Source: the human T2T-CHM13v2.0 reference genome, Homo sapiens. From it: a stretch of 64,000 bases of DNA. The notes below the pieces were generated by a model. The model saw only the letters and a list, made by a program, of their open reading frames with translations, made no database searches and had not been told where the DNA came from. The DNA lies in NCBI RefSeq assembly GCF_009914755.1, contig NC_060933.1. One strand, given 5' to 3'. Position numbers and translations under genes: made by a program. Below are positions 28,701 to 41,765 of this stretch, piece after piece (the stretch's first letter is position 1; every line of letters starts with the position of its first letter).

Positions 28701-30540
28701 GGAATGGAACGGAATGGAACGGAATGGAATGGAATGGAATGGAATGGAATGGTATGGAATGGAATGGAATGGTACGGAATAGAATGGAATGGAACGAATT
28801 GTAATGGAATGGAATGGAATGGTATGGAATGGAATGGAATGGTACGGAATAGAATGGAATGGAACGAATTGTAATGGAATGGAATTGAATGGAATGGAAT
28901 GGATTCAACGCGAGTGCAGGGGAATGTAATGGAACGGAAGGCAATGGAATGGAATCATTCGGAATGGAATGGAATGGAATGGAATGGAATGGAATCAACC
29001 CGAGTGCAATGGAATGTAGTGGAATGGAATGGAATGGAATGGAACAACCCGAATGGAATGGAATGTAATGGAGAGTAAGGGAGTTGAATAGAATCAATCC
29101 GAATGTAATGGAATGCAATGCAACGGAATGGAATGGAATGGAATGGAATGAAATGGAATGGAATGATACGGAATAGAATGGAATGGAACGAAATGGAATG
29201 GAATGGAATGGAATGGAATGGAATGGAATGGAATGGAATGGAATGGAATCGTTCCGAGTGGAATAGGAGGGAATGTATTTGAGTGGAATGGAAAGGAATG
29301 GAATCAGCCAGAGTGGAATGGAAGGGAATGGAATGGAATGGAAACTAATAGATTGGAATCAACCCGAGAGGAATGGAATGGAAAGGACTGGAATGGATTG
29401 GAATCAACTCGATTTTAATGGAATGGAATGGAATGGAATGGAATGGAATGGAATGGATTTAACTCGAATACAATGCAATAGAATGGAATGGAACGGAATG
29501 GAGTGGAATGGAATGGAATCAACCCGAGTGCAGGGGAATGGAATGGAATGGAATGCAATGGAATGGAATCATCCGGAATGGAATGGGATGGAATGGAATG
29601 CAACGCCATGGAATCAACTCGATTGCAATTGAATGGAATGGAATGGAAAGGAATACATTGGAATCAACCCGAGTGGAATGGAATGGAAAGGACTGGAATG
29701 GAGTGGAATGGAATGGAATGGAATGGAATGGAATGGAATCAACTCGATTGGAATGGAATGGAATGGAATGGAATGGAATGGAATTAACCCGAATAGAATG
29801 GAATGGAATGGAATGGAACGGAATGGAACGGAACGGAATGGAATGGAATGGAATGGAGTGGAATGGAATGGAATGGAAACAACCCGACTGCAGGGGAATG
29901 GAATGGAATGGAATGCAATGGAATGTATTCAACTTGAGTGGAATGGAAAGAATGGAATCAACACGAGTGGAATGGCATGGATTGGAATGGAATGGAATGG
30001 AATCAACCCGAGTACAGAGGAATGGAATGGAATGGAATGCAATGGAATGGAGTCATCCGTAATGGAATGGAAAGGAATGGAATGGAATGGAATGGAATGG
30101 AATGGAATGGAATGGAATGGAATCAACTCGATTGCAATCGAATGGAATGGAATGGAATTAACCCGAGTGCAATGGAATGGAGTGGAATGGAATGGAATGG
30201 AATGGAACAACCCGAATGGAATGGAATGTAATGGAGTGTAAGGGAGTTGAATAGAATCAATCCGAATGTAATGGAATGGAATGGAACGGAATGGAATTGA
30301 ATGGAATGGAATGGAATGCAATGGAATGGAATCAACCCGAGTTAAATGGAATGGAGAGGAATGGAATGGAATGGAATGCAAACTACCCGAATGGAATGGA
30401 ATGTAATGGAGTGTAAGGGAATTGAATAGAATCAATCCGAATGTAATGGAATGGAATGGAACGGAATGGAATGGAATGGAATGGAATGGAATGGAATGGA
30501 ATGGAATGCAATGGAATGGAATCAACCCGAGTGCAATCGA
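25720..30540 (+). repeat. Older ~2.4 kb tandem pair (offset 2396-2406), also present at ~46975-51800
   Basis: Shared private variants: GCATGGCTTGG 25811/28217, CAACGCCATGG 27210/29601, CCGAGTTAAA 27931/30337, TGCAAACTAC 27971/30377, GAGTACAGAGG and GATTTT. The two copies differ more than the 7 kb or 21 kb copies do. Confidence 0.85.
28741..28880 (+). repeat. 70 bp local tandem duplication (also ~49986-50125)
   Basis: GGTAT...GGTACGGAATAGAAT...GGAACGAATTGTAAT occurs at 28751 and again at 28821. Confidence 0.9.
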
Positions 30541-33500
30541 ATGGAATCGAATGGAATGGAATGAAATGGAATGGATTCAACTTGAATGGAATGGAAACAA
30601 TGGAATCAACACGAGTGGAATGGCAAGGATTGGAATGGAATGGAATGGAATCAACCCGAGTACAGGGGAATGGAATGGAATGGAATGCAATTGAATGGAA
30701 TCATCCGTAATGGAATGGAAAGGAATGGAATGGAATGGAATGGAATGGAATGGAATGGAATGGAATCAACTCGATTGCAATCGAATGGAATGGAATGGAA
30801 TTAACCCGAATAGAATGGAATGGAATGGAATGGAACGGAACGGAATGGAATGGAATGGAATGGAATGGAATGGAACGGAAAGGAAGGGAATGGAATGGAA
30901 TAGAATGGAATGGAATGGAATCAACGCGAGTGCAATGGAATGGAGTGGAATGGAATGGAATGGAATGGAACAACCCGTATGGAATGGAATGTAATGGAGA
31001 GTAAGGGAGTTGAATAGAATCAATCCGAATGTAATGGAATGGAATGGAACGGAATGGAATTGAATGGAATGGAATGGAATGCAATGGAATGGAATCAACC
31101 CGAGTGCAATGGAATGGAGAGGAATGGAATGGAATGGAATGGAAACTACCCGAATGGAATGGAATGTAATGGAGTGTAAGGGAATTGAATAGAATCAATC
31201 CGAATGTAATGGAATGGAATGGAACGGAATGGAATGGAATGGAAAGGAATGGAATGGAATGCAATGGATTCAACTCGATTGCAATGGAATGGAATAGAAT
31301 GGAATGGAATGGAATGGAATGGAATTAATCCGAATAGAATGGAATGGAATGGAATGGAACGGAATGGAACGGAATGGAACGGAATGGAATGGAATGGAAT
31401 GGTATGGAATGGAATGGAATGTTACGGAATAGAATGGAATGGAACGAATTGTAATGGAATGGAATTGAATGGAATGGAATGGAATGGAATGGAATCAACG
31501 GGAGTGCAGGGGAATGTAATGGAACGGAATGCAATGGAATGGAATCATCCGGAATGGAATGGAATGGAATGGAATGGAATGGAATGGAATGGAATGGAAT
31601 CACCCCGACTGCAATGGAATGGAGTGGAATGGAATGGATTGGAATGGAACAACCCGAATGGAGTGGAATGTAATGGAGAGTAAGGGAGTTGAATAGAATC
31701 AATCCGAATGTAATGGAATGGAATGCAACGGAATGGAATGGAATGGAATGGAATGGAATGCAATGGAATTGAATCAACCCGAGTACAATGGAATGGAATG
31801 GAATGGAATGGAATGGAATGGAATGATACGGAATAGAATGGAATGGAACGAAATGGAATGGAATGGAATGGAATGGAATGGAATCGTTCCGAGTGGAATA
31901 GGAGGGAATGTATTCGAGTGGAATGGAAAGGAATGGTATCAACCAGAGTGGAATGGAAGGGAATGGAATGGAATGGAAACTAATAGAATGGAATCAACCC
32001 GAGTGGAACGGAATGGAAAGGACTGGAATGGAATGGAATGGAATGGAATCAACTCGATTGTAATGGAATGGAATGGAATGGAATGTAATGGAATGGAATG
32101 GAATAGAATTAACCCGAATACAATGGAATGGAATGGAATGGAACGGAATGGAGTGGAATGGAATGGAATCAACCCGAGTGCAGGGGAATGGAATGGAATG
32201 GAATGCAATGGAATGGAATCATCCGGAATGGAATGGAATGGAATGGAATGCAAAGCAATGGAATCAACTCGATTCCAATGGAATGGAATGGAATGGAAAG
32301 GAATACATTGGAATCAACCCGAGTGGAATGGAATGGAAAGGACTGGAATGGAGTAGAATGGAATGGAATGGAATGGAATGGAATGGAATCAACTCGATTG
32401 GAATGGAATGGAATGGAATGGAATAGAATTAACCCGAATAGAATGGAATGGAATGGAATGGAACGGAATGGAATGGAATGGAATGGAATGGAATGGAATG
32501 GAATGGAATCAACCCGACTGCAGGGGAATGGAATGGAATGGAATGCAATGGAATGGATTCAACTTGAATGGAATGGAAAGAATGGAATCAACACGAGTGG
32601 AATGGCATGGATTGGAATGGAATGGAATGGAATCAACCCGAGTACAGGTGAATAGAATGGAATGGAATGCAATGGAATGGAATCATCCGTAATGGAATGG
32701 AAAGGAATGGAATGGAATGGAATAGAATGGAATGGAATCAACTCGATTGCAATCGAATGGAATGGAATGGAATTAACCCGAATAGAATGGAATGGAATGG
32801 AATGGAATGGAACGGAACGGAATGGAATGGATTGGAATGGAATGGAATGGAATCAACGCGAGTGCAGGGGAATGGAATGGAATGGAATGCAATGGAATGG
32901 AGTCTTCCGGAATGGAATGGAATGGAATGGAATGGAATGGAATGGAATGGAATGGAATAAACCCGAGTGCAATGGAATGGAGTGGAATGGAATGGAATGG
33001 AATGGAACAACCCGAATGGAATGGAATGTAATGGAGAGTAAGGGAGTTGAATTGAATCAATCCGAATGTAATGGAATGGAATGGAACGGAATGGAATTGA
33101 ATGGAATGGAATGGAATGCAATGGAATGGAATCAACCCGAGTGCAATGGAATGGAGAGGAATGGAATGGAATGGAAACTACCCGAATGGAATGGAATGTA
33201 ATGGAGTGTAAGGGAATTGAATAGAATCAATCCGAATGTAATGGAATGGAATGGAACGGAATGGAATCGAATGGAATGGAATGGAATGGAATGGAATGCA
33301 AAGGAATGGAATCAACCCGAGTGCAATCGAATGGAATCGAATGGAATGGCATGCAATGGAATGGATTCAACTTGAATGGAATGGAAAGAATGGAATCAAC
33401 ACGAGTGGAATGGCATGGATTGGAATGGAATGGAATGGAATCAACCCGAGTACAGGGGAATGGAATGGAATGAAATGCAATGGAATGGAATCATCCGTAA

Positions 33501-36500
33501 TGCAATGGAAAGGAATGGAATGGAATGGAATAGAATGGAATGGAATGAAATCAACTCGATTGCAATCGAATGGAATGGAATGGAATTAACCCGAATAGAA
33601 TGGAATGGAATGGAATGGAACGGAACGGAATGGAATGGAATGGAATGGAATGGAATGGAATGGAATGGAATGGAACGGAACGGAATGGATGGAATCGAAT
33701 GGAATGGAATGGAATGGAATGGAATTAACGCGAGTGCAGGGGAATGGAATGGAATGGAATGCAATGGAATGGAATCTTCCGGAATGGAATGGAATGGAAT
33801 GGAATGGAATGAAATGCAATTGATTAAACTCGATTGCAATGGAATGGAATAGAATGGAATGGAATGGAATGCAATGGAATGGAATTAACCCGAATAGAAT
33901 GGAATGCAATGGAATGGTATTAACCCGAATAGAATGGAATGGAATGGAATGGAAAGGAATGGAACGGAATGGAATGGAATGGAATGGTATGGAATGGAAT
34001 GGAATGGTACGGAATAGAATGGAATGGAAGGAATTGTAATGGAATGCAATTGAATGGAATGGAATGGAATGGAATGGAATCAACGCCAGTGCAGGGGAAT
34101 GTAATGGAACGGAATGCAATGGAATGGATTCATCCGGAATGGAATTGAATGGAATGGAATGGAATGGAATCAACCCGAGTGCAATGGAATGGAGTGGAAT
34201 GGAATGGAATGGAATGGAATGGAACAACCCAAATGGAATGGAATGTAATGGAGAGTAAGGGAGATGAATAGAATCAATCCGAATGTAATGGAATGGAATG
34301 GAATGGAATGGAATGGAATAGAATGGAATGGAATGCAATGGAATGGAATCAACCCGAGTACAATCGAATGGAATGGAATGGAATGGAATGGAATGCCTTC
34401 AAACCGAATGGAATGGAAAGGAATGGAATCAACACGAGTGGAATGGAATGGAATGGAATGGAATGGAATGGAATGGAATGGAATGATACGGAATAGAATG
34501 GAATGGAACGAAATTGAATGGAATGGAATGGAATGGAATGGAATGGAATGGAATGGAATGGAATGGAATCTTTCCGAGTGGAATATGAGGGTATGTATTC
34601 GAGTGGAATGGAAAGGAATGGAATCAACCAGAGTGGAATGGAAGGGAATGGAATGGAATGGAAACTAATAGAATGGAATCAACCCGAGTGGAATGGAAAG
34701 GAAAAGACTGGAATGGAAAGGAATGGAATGGAATGGAATGGAATGGAATGGAATCAACGCGAGTGCAGGGGAATGGAATGGAATCGAATGGAATGGAATG
34801 GAATGGAATGGAATCAACCCGAGTGCAGGGGAATGTAATGGAACGGAATGCAATGGAATGGAACCATCCGGAATGGAATGGAAAGGAATGGAATGGAATC
34901 AACCGGAGTGCAATGGAATGGATTGGAATGGAATGGAATGGAATGGAACAACCCGAATGGAATGGAATGTAATGGAGAGGTAGGGAGTTGAAAAGAATCA
35001 ATCCGAATGTAATGGAATGGAGTGGAACGGAATGGAATGGAATGGAATGGAATGGAATGGAATGGAATGGAATGGAATGCAATGCAATGGAATCAACCCG
35101 AGTACAATGGAATGGAATGGAATGGAATGGAATGGAATGGAATGGAATGGAATACAATGGAATGGAATCTTCCGGAATGGAATGGAATGGAATGGAATGG
35201 AATGCAATGGATTCAACTCGATTGCAATGGAATGTAATAGAATGGAATGGAATGGAATGGAATGGAATTAAACCGAATAGAATGGAATGGAATGGAATGG
35301 AACGGAACGGAACGGAACGGAACGGAACGGAGTGGAATGGAATGGAATGGAATTGTATGGAATGGAATGGAATGGTACGGAATAGAATGGAATGGAAAGA
35401 ATTGGAATGGAATGGAATCGAATGGAATGGAATGGAATGGAATGGAATCAACCCGAGTGCAGGGGAATGTAATGGAACGGAATGCAATGGAATGGAATCA
35501 TCCGGAATGGAATGGAATGGAATGGAATGGAATGGAATGGAATGGAATGGAATCAACCCGAGCGCAATGGAATGGAGTGGAATGGAATGGAATGGAATGG
35601 AACAACGCGAATGGAATGGAATGTAATGCAGTGTAAGGGAATAGAATAGAATCAATCCGAATGTAATGGAATGGAATGGAACGGAATGGAATGGAATGGA
35701 ATGGAATGGAATGGAACAACCCGAATGGAATGGAATGTAATGGAGAGTTAGGGAGTTCAATAGAATCAATCCGAATATAATGGAATGGAATGGAATGGAA
35801 TGGAATGGAATGGAATGGAATGGAATGCAATGGAATGGAATCAACCCGAGTACAATGGAACGGAATGTAATGTAATGTAATGGAATGGAATGGAATGGAA
35901 TGGAATGGAATGGAATCAACCCGACTGCAATGGAATGGAGAGGAATGGAATGGAATTGAATGGAAACTACCCGAATGGAATGGAATGTAATGGAGTGTAA
36001 GGGAATTGAATAGAATCAATCCGAATGGAATGGAATGGAATGGAAAGGAATGTAATGGAATGGAATGGAATGGAATCAACCCGATTGCAGGGGAATGGAA
36101 TGGAAAGGAATGCAATGGAATGGAACCATCCGGAATGAAATGGAATGGAATGCAATGGAATGGAATGGAATGGAATCAACCCGAGTGCAATGGAATGGAG
36201 TGAAATGGAATGGAATGGAATGGAAACGACCAGAATGGATTGGAATATAATGGAGTGTAAGGGAACTGAATAGAATCAATCTGAATGTAATGAAATGGAA
36301 TGGAACGGAATGGAATGGATTGGAATGGAATGGAATGGAATGGAATACAATGCAATGGAATCAACCCGAGTGCAATCGAATGGAATCGAATGGAATGGAA
36401 TGCAATGGAATGGATTCAACTTGAATGGAATGGAAAGAATGGAATCAACACGAGTGGAATGGCATGGATTGGAATGGAATGGAATGGGAACACCCCGAGT

Positions 36501-39500
36501 ACAGGGGAATGGAATGGAATGGAATGCAATGGAATGGAATCATCCGTAATGGAATGGAAAGGAATGGAATGGAACGGAATGGAATGGAATGGAATGGAAT
36601 GGAATAAACTCAATTGCAATCGAATGGAATGGAATGGAATTAACCCGAATAGAATGGAATGGAATGGAATGGAAAGGAACGGAATGGAATGGAATGGAAT
36701 GGAAAGGAACGGAATGGAATGGAATGGAATGGAATGGAACGGAACGGAATGGAATGGAATGGAATGGAATGGAATTAAATGGAATCAACGCGAGTGCAAG
36801 GGAATGGAATGGAATGGAATGCAATGGAACGGAATCTTCCGGAATGGAATGGAATTGAATGGAATGAAATGCAATGGATTCAACTCGATTGCAATGGAAT
36901 GGAATAGAAAGGAATGGAATGGAATGGAATGGAATGGAATGGAATGGAATGGAATTAACCCGAATAGAATGGAATCGAATGGAATGGAACGGAATGGAAC
37001 GGAATGGAATGGAATGGAATGGAATGGAATGGAATGGTTTGCAATGGAATGGAATGGTACGGAATAGAATGGAATGGAACGAATTGTAATGGAATGGAAT
37101 TGAACGGAATGGAATGGAATGGAATGGAATCAACGCGAGTGCAGGGGAATGTAATGGAACGGAATGCAATGGAATGGAATCATCCGGAATGGAATGGAAT
37201 GGAATGGAATGGAATGGAATCAATCCGAGTGCAATGGAATGGAGTGGAATGGAATGGAATGGAATGGAACAACCCGAATGGAATGGAATGTAATGGAGAG
37301 TAAGGGAGTTGAGTAGAATCAATCCGAATGTAATGGAATGGAATGCAACGGAATGGAATGGAATGGAATGGAATGGAATGGAATGCAAAGGAATGGAATC
37401 AACCCGAGTGGAATGGCATGGAATGGAATGCAATGGATTGGAATGGAATGGAATCAACTCGAGTGGAAAGGAATGGAATGGAATGGAAAGGAATGGAATG
37501 AAGTCAACTCGAGTGGAATGGAATGGAATGGAATGGATTGGAATGGATTGCAATGGAATGGAATGGAATGGAATCAATCATGGAAGGGAATGTAATGGAG
37601 TGGAAAGAAGGGAATGGAATCAACCCGAGTGGAATGCAAGGCAATGGAATGGAATGGAAAGGGATGGAATGGAATCAACTCGATTGCAATGGAATGGAAT
37701 GGAATGGAATGGAAAGGAATGGAATGGAATGAAATGGAATGGAATGGAATGCAATGGAATGGAATGGAATGGAATGGAATGGAACGGTACCGAATGGAAT
37801 GGAATGGAATGGAATGGAATGGAATGGAATGGAATGCAACGGAAAGGAATTGAATGGAATGGAATGGAATCAACGCGAGTGCAGGGGAATGGAATGGAAT
37901 GGAATGCAATGGAATGGAATCTTCCGGAATGGAATGGAATGGAATGGAATGGAAGGGAATGGAATGGAATAAACCCGAGTGCAATGGAATGGAGTGGAAT
38001 AGAATGGAATGCAATGGAGCAACCCGAACGGAATGGAATGTAATGGAGAGTAAGGGAGTTGAATAGAATCAATCCGAATGTAATGGAAAGGAATGGAACG
38101 GAATGGAATTGAATGGAATGGAATGGAATGCAAAGGAATGGTATCAACCCGAGTGCAATGGAATGCAGAGGAATGGAATGGAATGGAATGGAAACTACCC
38201 GAATGGAATGGAATGTAATGGAGTGTAAGGGAATTGAATAGAATCAATCCGAATGTAATGGAATGGAATGGAACGGAATGGAATGGAATGGAATGGAATG
38301 GAATGCAATGCAATGGAATGGAATCAACCCGAGTGCAATCGAATGGAATCGAATGGAATGGAATGCAATGGAATGGAATCATCCGTAATGGAATGGAAAG
38401 GAATGGAATGGAATGGAATGGAATGGAATGGAATGGAATGGAATCAACTCGATTGCAATCGAATGGAATGGAATGGAATTAACCCGAATAGAATGGAATG
38501 GAATGGAATGGAACGGAACGGAATGGAATGGAATGGAATGGAATGGAATGGAACGGAAAAGAAGGGAATGGAATGGAATAGAATGGAATGGAATGGAATC
38601 AACGCGAGTGCAGGGGAATGGAATGGAATGGAATGCAATGGAATGGAATCTTCCGGAATGGAATGGAATGGAATGAAATGCAATGGATTCAACTTGATTG
38701 CAATGGAATGTAATAGAATGGAATGGAATGGAATGGAATGGAATTAACCCGAATAGAATGGAATGGAATGGAATGGAACGGAATGGAACGGAATGGAACG
38801 CAATGGAATGGAATGGAATGGAATGGAATGGTATGGAATGGAATGGAGTGGTACGGAATAGAATGGAATGGAACGAATTGTAATGGAATGGAATTGAATG
38901 GAATGGAATGGAATGGAATGGAATCAACGCGAGTGCAGGGGAATGTAATGGAACGGAATGCAATGGAATGGAATCATCCGGAATGGAATGGAATGGAATG
39001 GAATGGAATGGAATCAACCCGAGTGCAATGGAATGGAGTGGAATGGAATGGAATGGAATGGAACAACCCGAATGGAATGGAATGTAATGGAGAGTAAGGG
39101 AGTTGAATAGAATCAATCCGAATGTAATGGAAAGGAATGCAAAGGAATGGAATGGAATGGAATGCAATGGAATGGAATGGAATGGAATGCAAAGGAATGG
39201 AATCAACCCGAGTGGAATGGCATGGAATGGAATGCAATGGATTGGAATGGAATGGAATCAACTCGAGTGGAAAGGAATGGAATGGAATGGAAAGGAATGG
39301 AATGAAGTCAACTCGAGTGGAATGGAATGGAATGGAATGGATTGTAATGGATTGCAATGGAATGAAATGGAATGGAATGGAATGGAATCAATCATTCCGA
39401 GTGGAATGGAAGGGAATGTAATGGAGTGGAAAGAAGGGAATGGAATCAACCCGAGTGGAATGCAAGGCAATGGAATGGAATGGAAAGGAATGGAATGGAA

Positions 39501-39654
39501 ACAACTCGATTGCAATGGAATGGAATGGAAAGGAATGGAATGGAATGGAATTAACCGGAATAGAATGGAATGGAATGGAATGGAACGGAATGGAATGGAA
39601 TGGGAGGGAATGGAATCAACACGAGTGCAGGGGAATGGAATGGAATGGAATGCA

Positions 39655-41295
39655 ATGAAATGGAATCATCCAGAATGGAATGGAATGGAATGGAATAAAC
39701 TCCATTGCAATGGAATGGAATGGAATGGAATGGAATAGAATGGAATGGAATTAACCCGAATAGAATGGAATGCAATAGAATGGAATGCAACGGAACCGAA
39801 TGGAGTGGAATGGAATGGAATGGAATCAACCCGAGTACAGGGGAATGGAATGGAATGGAATGCAATGGAATGGAGTCATCCGTAATGGAATGGAAAGGAA
39901 TGGAATGGAATGGAATGGAATGGAATGGAATGGAATCAACTCGATGGCAATCGAATGGAATGCAATGGAATTAACCCGAATAGAATGGAATGGAATGGAA
40001 TGGAACGGAACGGAATGGAATTGAATGGAATGGAACGGAATGGAACGGAACGGAATGGAATGGAATGGAATGGAATGGAACGGAATGGAACGGAAAGGAA
40101 GGGAATGGAATGGAACGGAACGGAACGGAACAGAATGGAATGGATTGGAATGGAATGGAATGGAATGGAATGGAACGGAATGGAATGGATTGGAATGGAA
40201 TGGAATGGAATGGAATGGAACGGAACGGAATGGAATGGATTGGAATGGAATGGAATGGAATGGAATGGAACGGAATGGAATGGAATGGAATGGAATGGAA
40301 TCAACGCGAGTGCAGGTGAATGGAATGGAATGGAATGCAATGGAATGGAATCTTCCGGAATGGAATGGAATGGAATGGAATGGAATGGAATGGAATGGAA
40401 TGGAATAAACCCGAGTGCAATGGAATGGAGTGGAATGGAATGGAATGGAATGGAACAACCCGAATGGAATGGAATGTAATGGAGAGTAAGGGAGTTGAAT
40501 AGAATCAATCCGAATGTAATGGAATGGAATGGAACGGAATGGAATTGAATGGAATGGAATGGAATGCAATGGATTGGAATCAACCCGAGTGCAATGGAAT
40601 GGAGGGGAATGGAATGGAATGGAATGGAATGGAAACTACCCGAATGGAATGGAATGTAATGGAGTGTAAGGGAATTGAATAGAATCAATCCGAATGTAAT
40701 GGAATGGAATGGAACGGAATGGAATCGAATGGAATGGAATGGAATGGAATGGAATGCAATGGAATGGAATCAACCCGAGTGCAATCGAATGGAATCGAAT
40801 GGAATGGCATGCAATGGAATGGATTCAACTTGAATGGAATGGAAAGAATGGAATCAACACGAGTGGAATGGCATGGATTGGAATGGAATGGAATGGAATC
40901 AACCCGAGTACAGGGGAATGGAATGGAATGGAATGCAATGGAATGGAATCATCCAGAATGGAATGGAATGGAATGGAATAAACTCCATTGCAATGGAATG
41001 GAATGGAATGGAATGGAATAGAATGGAATGGAATTAACCCGAATAGAATGGAATGCAATAGAATGGAATGCAACGGAACCGAATGGAGTGGAATGGAATG
41101 GAATGGAATCAACCCGAGTACAGGGGAATGGAATGGAATGGAATGCAATGGAATGGAGTCATCCGTAATGGAATGGAAAGGAATGGAATGGAATGGAATG
41201 GAATGGAATGGAATGGAATGGAATGGAATCAACTCGATGGCAATCGAATGGAATGCAATGGAATTAACCCGAATAGAATGGAATGGAATGGAATG
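39655..41295 (+). repeat. ~340 bp dispersed duplication (39655-40000 and 40940-41290; offset 1283)
   Basis: Shared rare motifs CATCCAGAAT, ATAAACTCCATTGC, GGAACCGAATGGAGT, GGAGTCATCCGT and CTCGATGGCAATCG. ORF offset 39705/40988. Confidence 0.85.
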
Positions 41296-41509
41296 GAACG
41301 GAATGGAATGGAATGGAATGGAATCAACTCGATTGTAATGGAATGGAATGGAATGGAATGGAATGGAATGGAATTAACCTGAATACAATGGAATGGAATG
41401 GAATGGAACGGAATGGAGTGGAATGGAATGGAATCAACCCGAGTGCAGGGGAATGGAATGGAATGGAATGCAATGGAATGGAATCATCCGGAATGGAATG
41501 GAATGGAAT

Positions 41510-41765
41510 GGAATGCAAAGCAATGGAATCAACTCGATTGCAATGGAATGGAATGGAATGGAAAGGAATACATTGGAATCAACCCGAGTGGAATGGAATG
41601 GAAAGGACTGGAATGGAGTGGAATGGAATGGAATGGAATGGAATGCAAAGCAATGGAATCAACTCGATTGCAATGGAATGGAATGGAATGGAAAGGAATA
41701 CATTGGAATCAACCCGAGTGGAATGGAATGGAAAGGACTGGAATGGAGTGGAATGGAATGGAATG
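41510..41765 (+). repeat. 130 bp local tandem duplication (also ~62710-62965)
   Basis: GCAAAGCAAT...GGAATACATT...GGACTGGAATGGAGT occurs at 41515 and again at 41645. Confidence 0.9.

Noticed and set aside
33885-33940. 35 bp doublet of TTAACCCGAATAGAAT
   Set aside because: Real but ordinary slippage-scale duplication. It is also present at ~55135-55190 and adds nothing beyond the larger structure.
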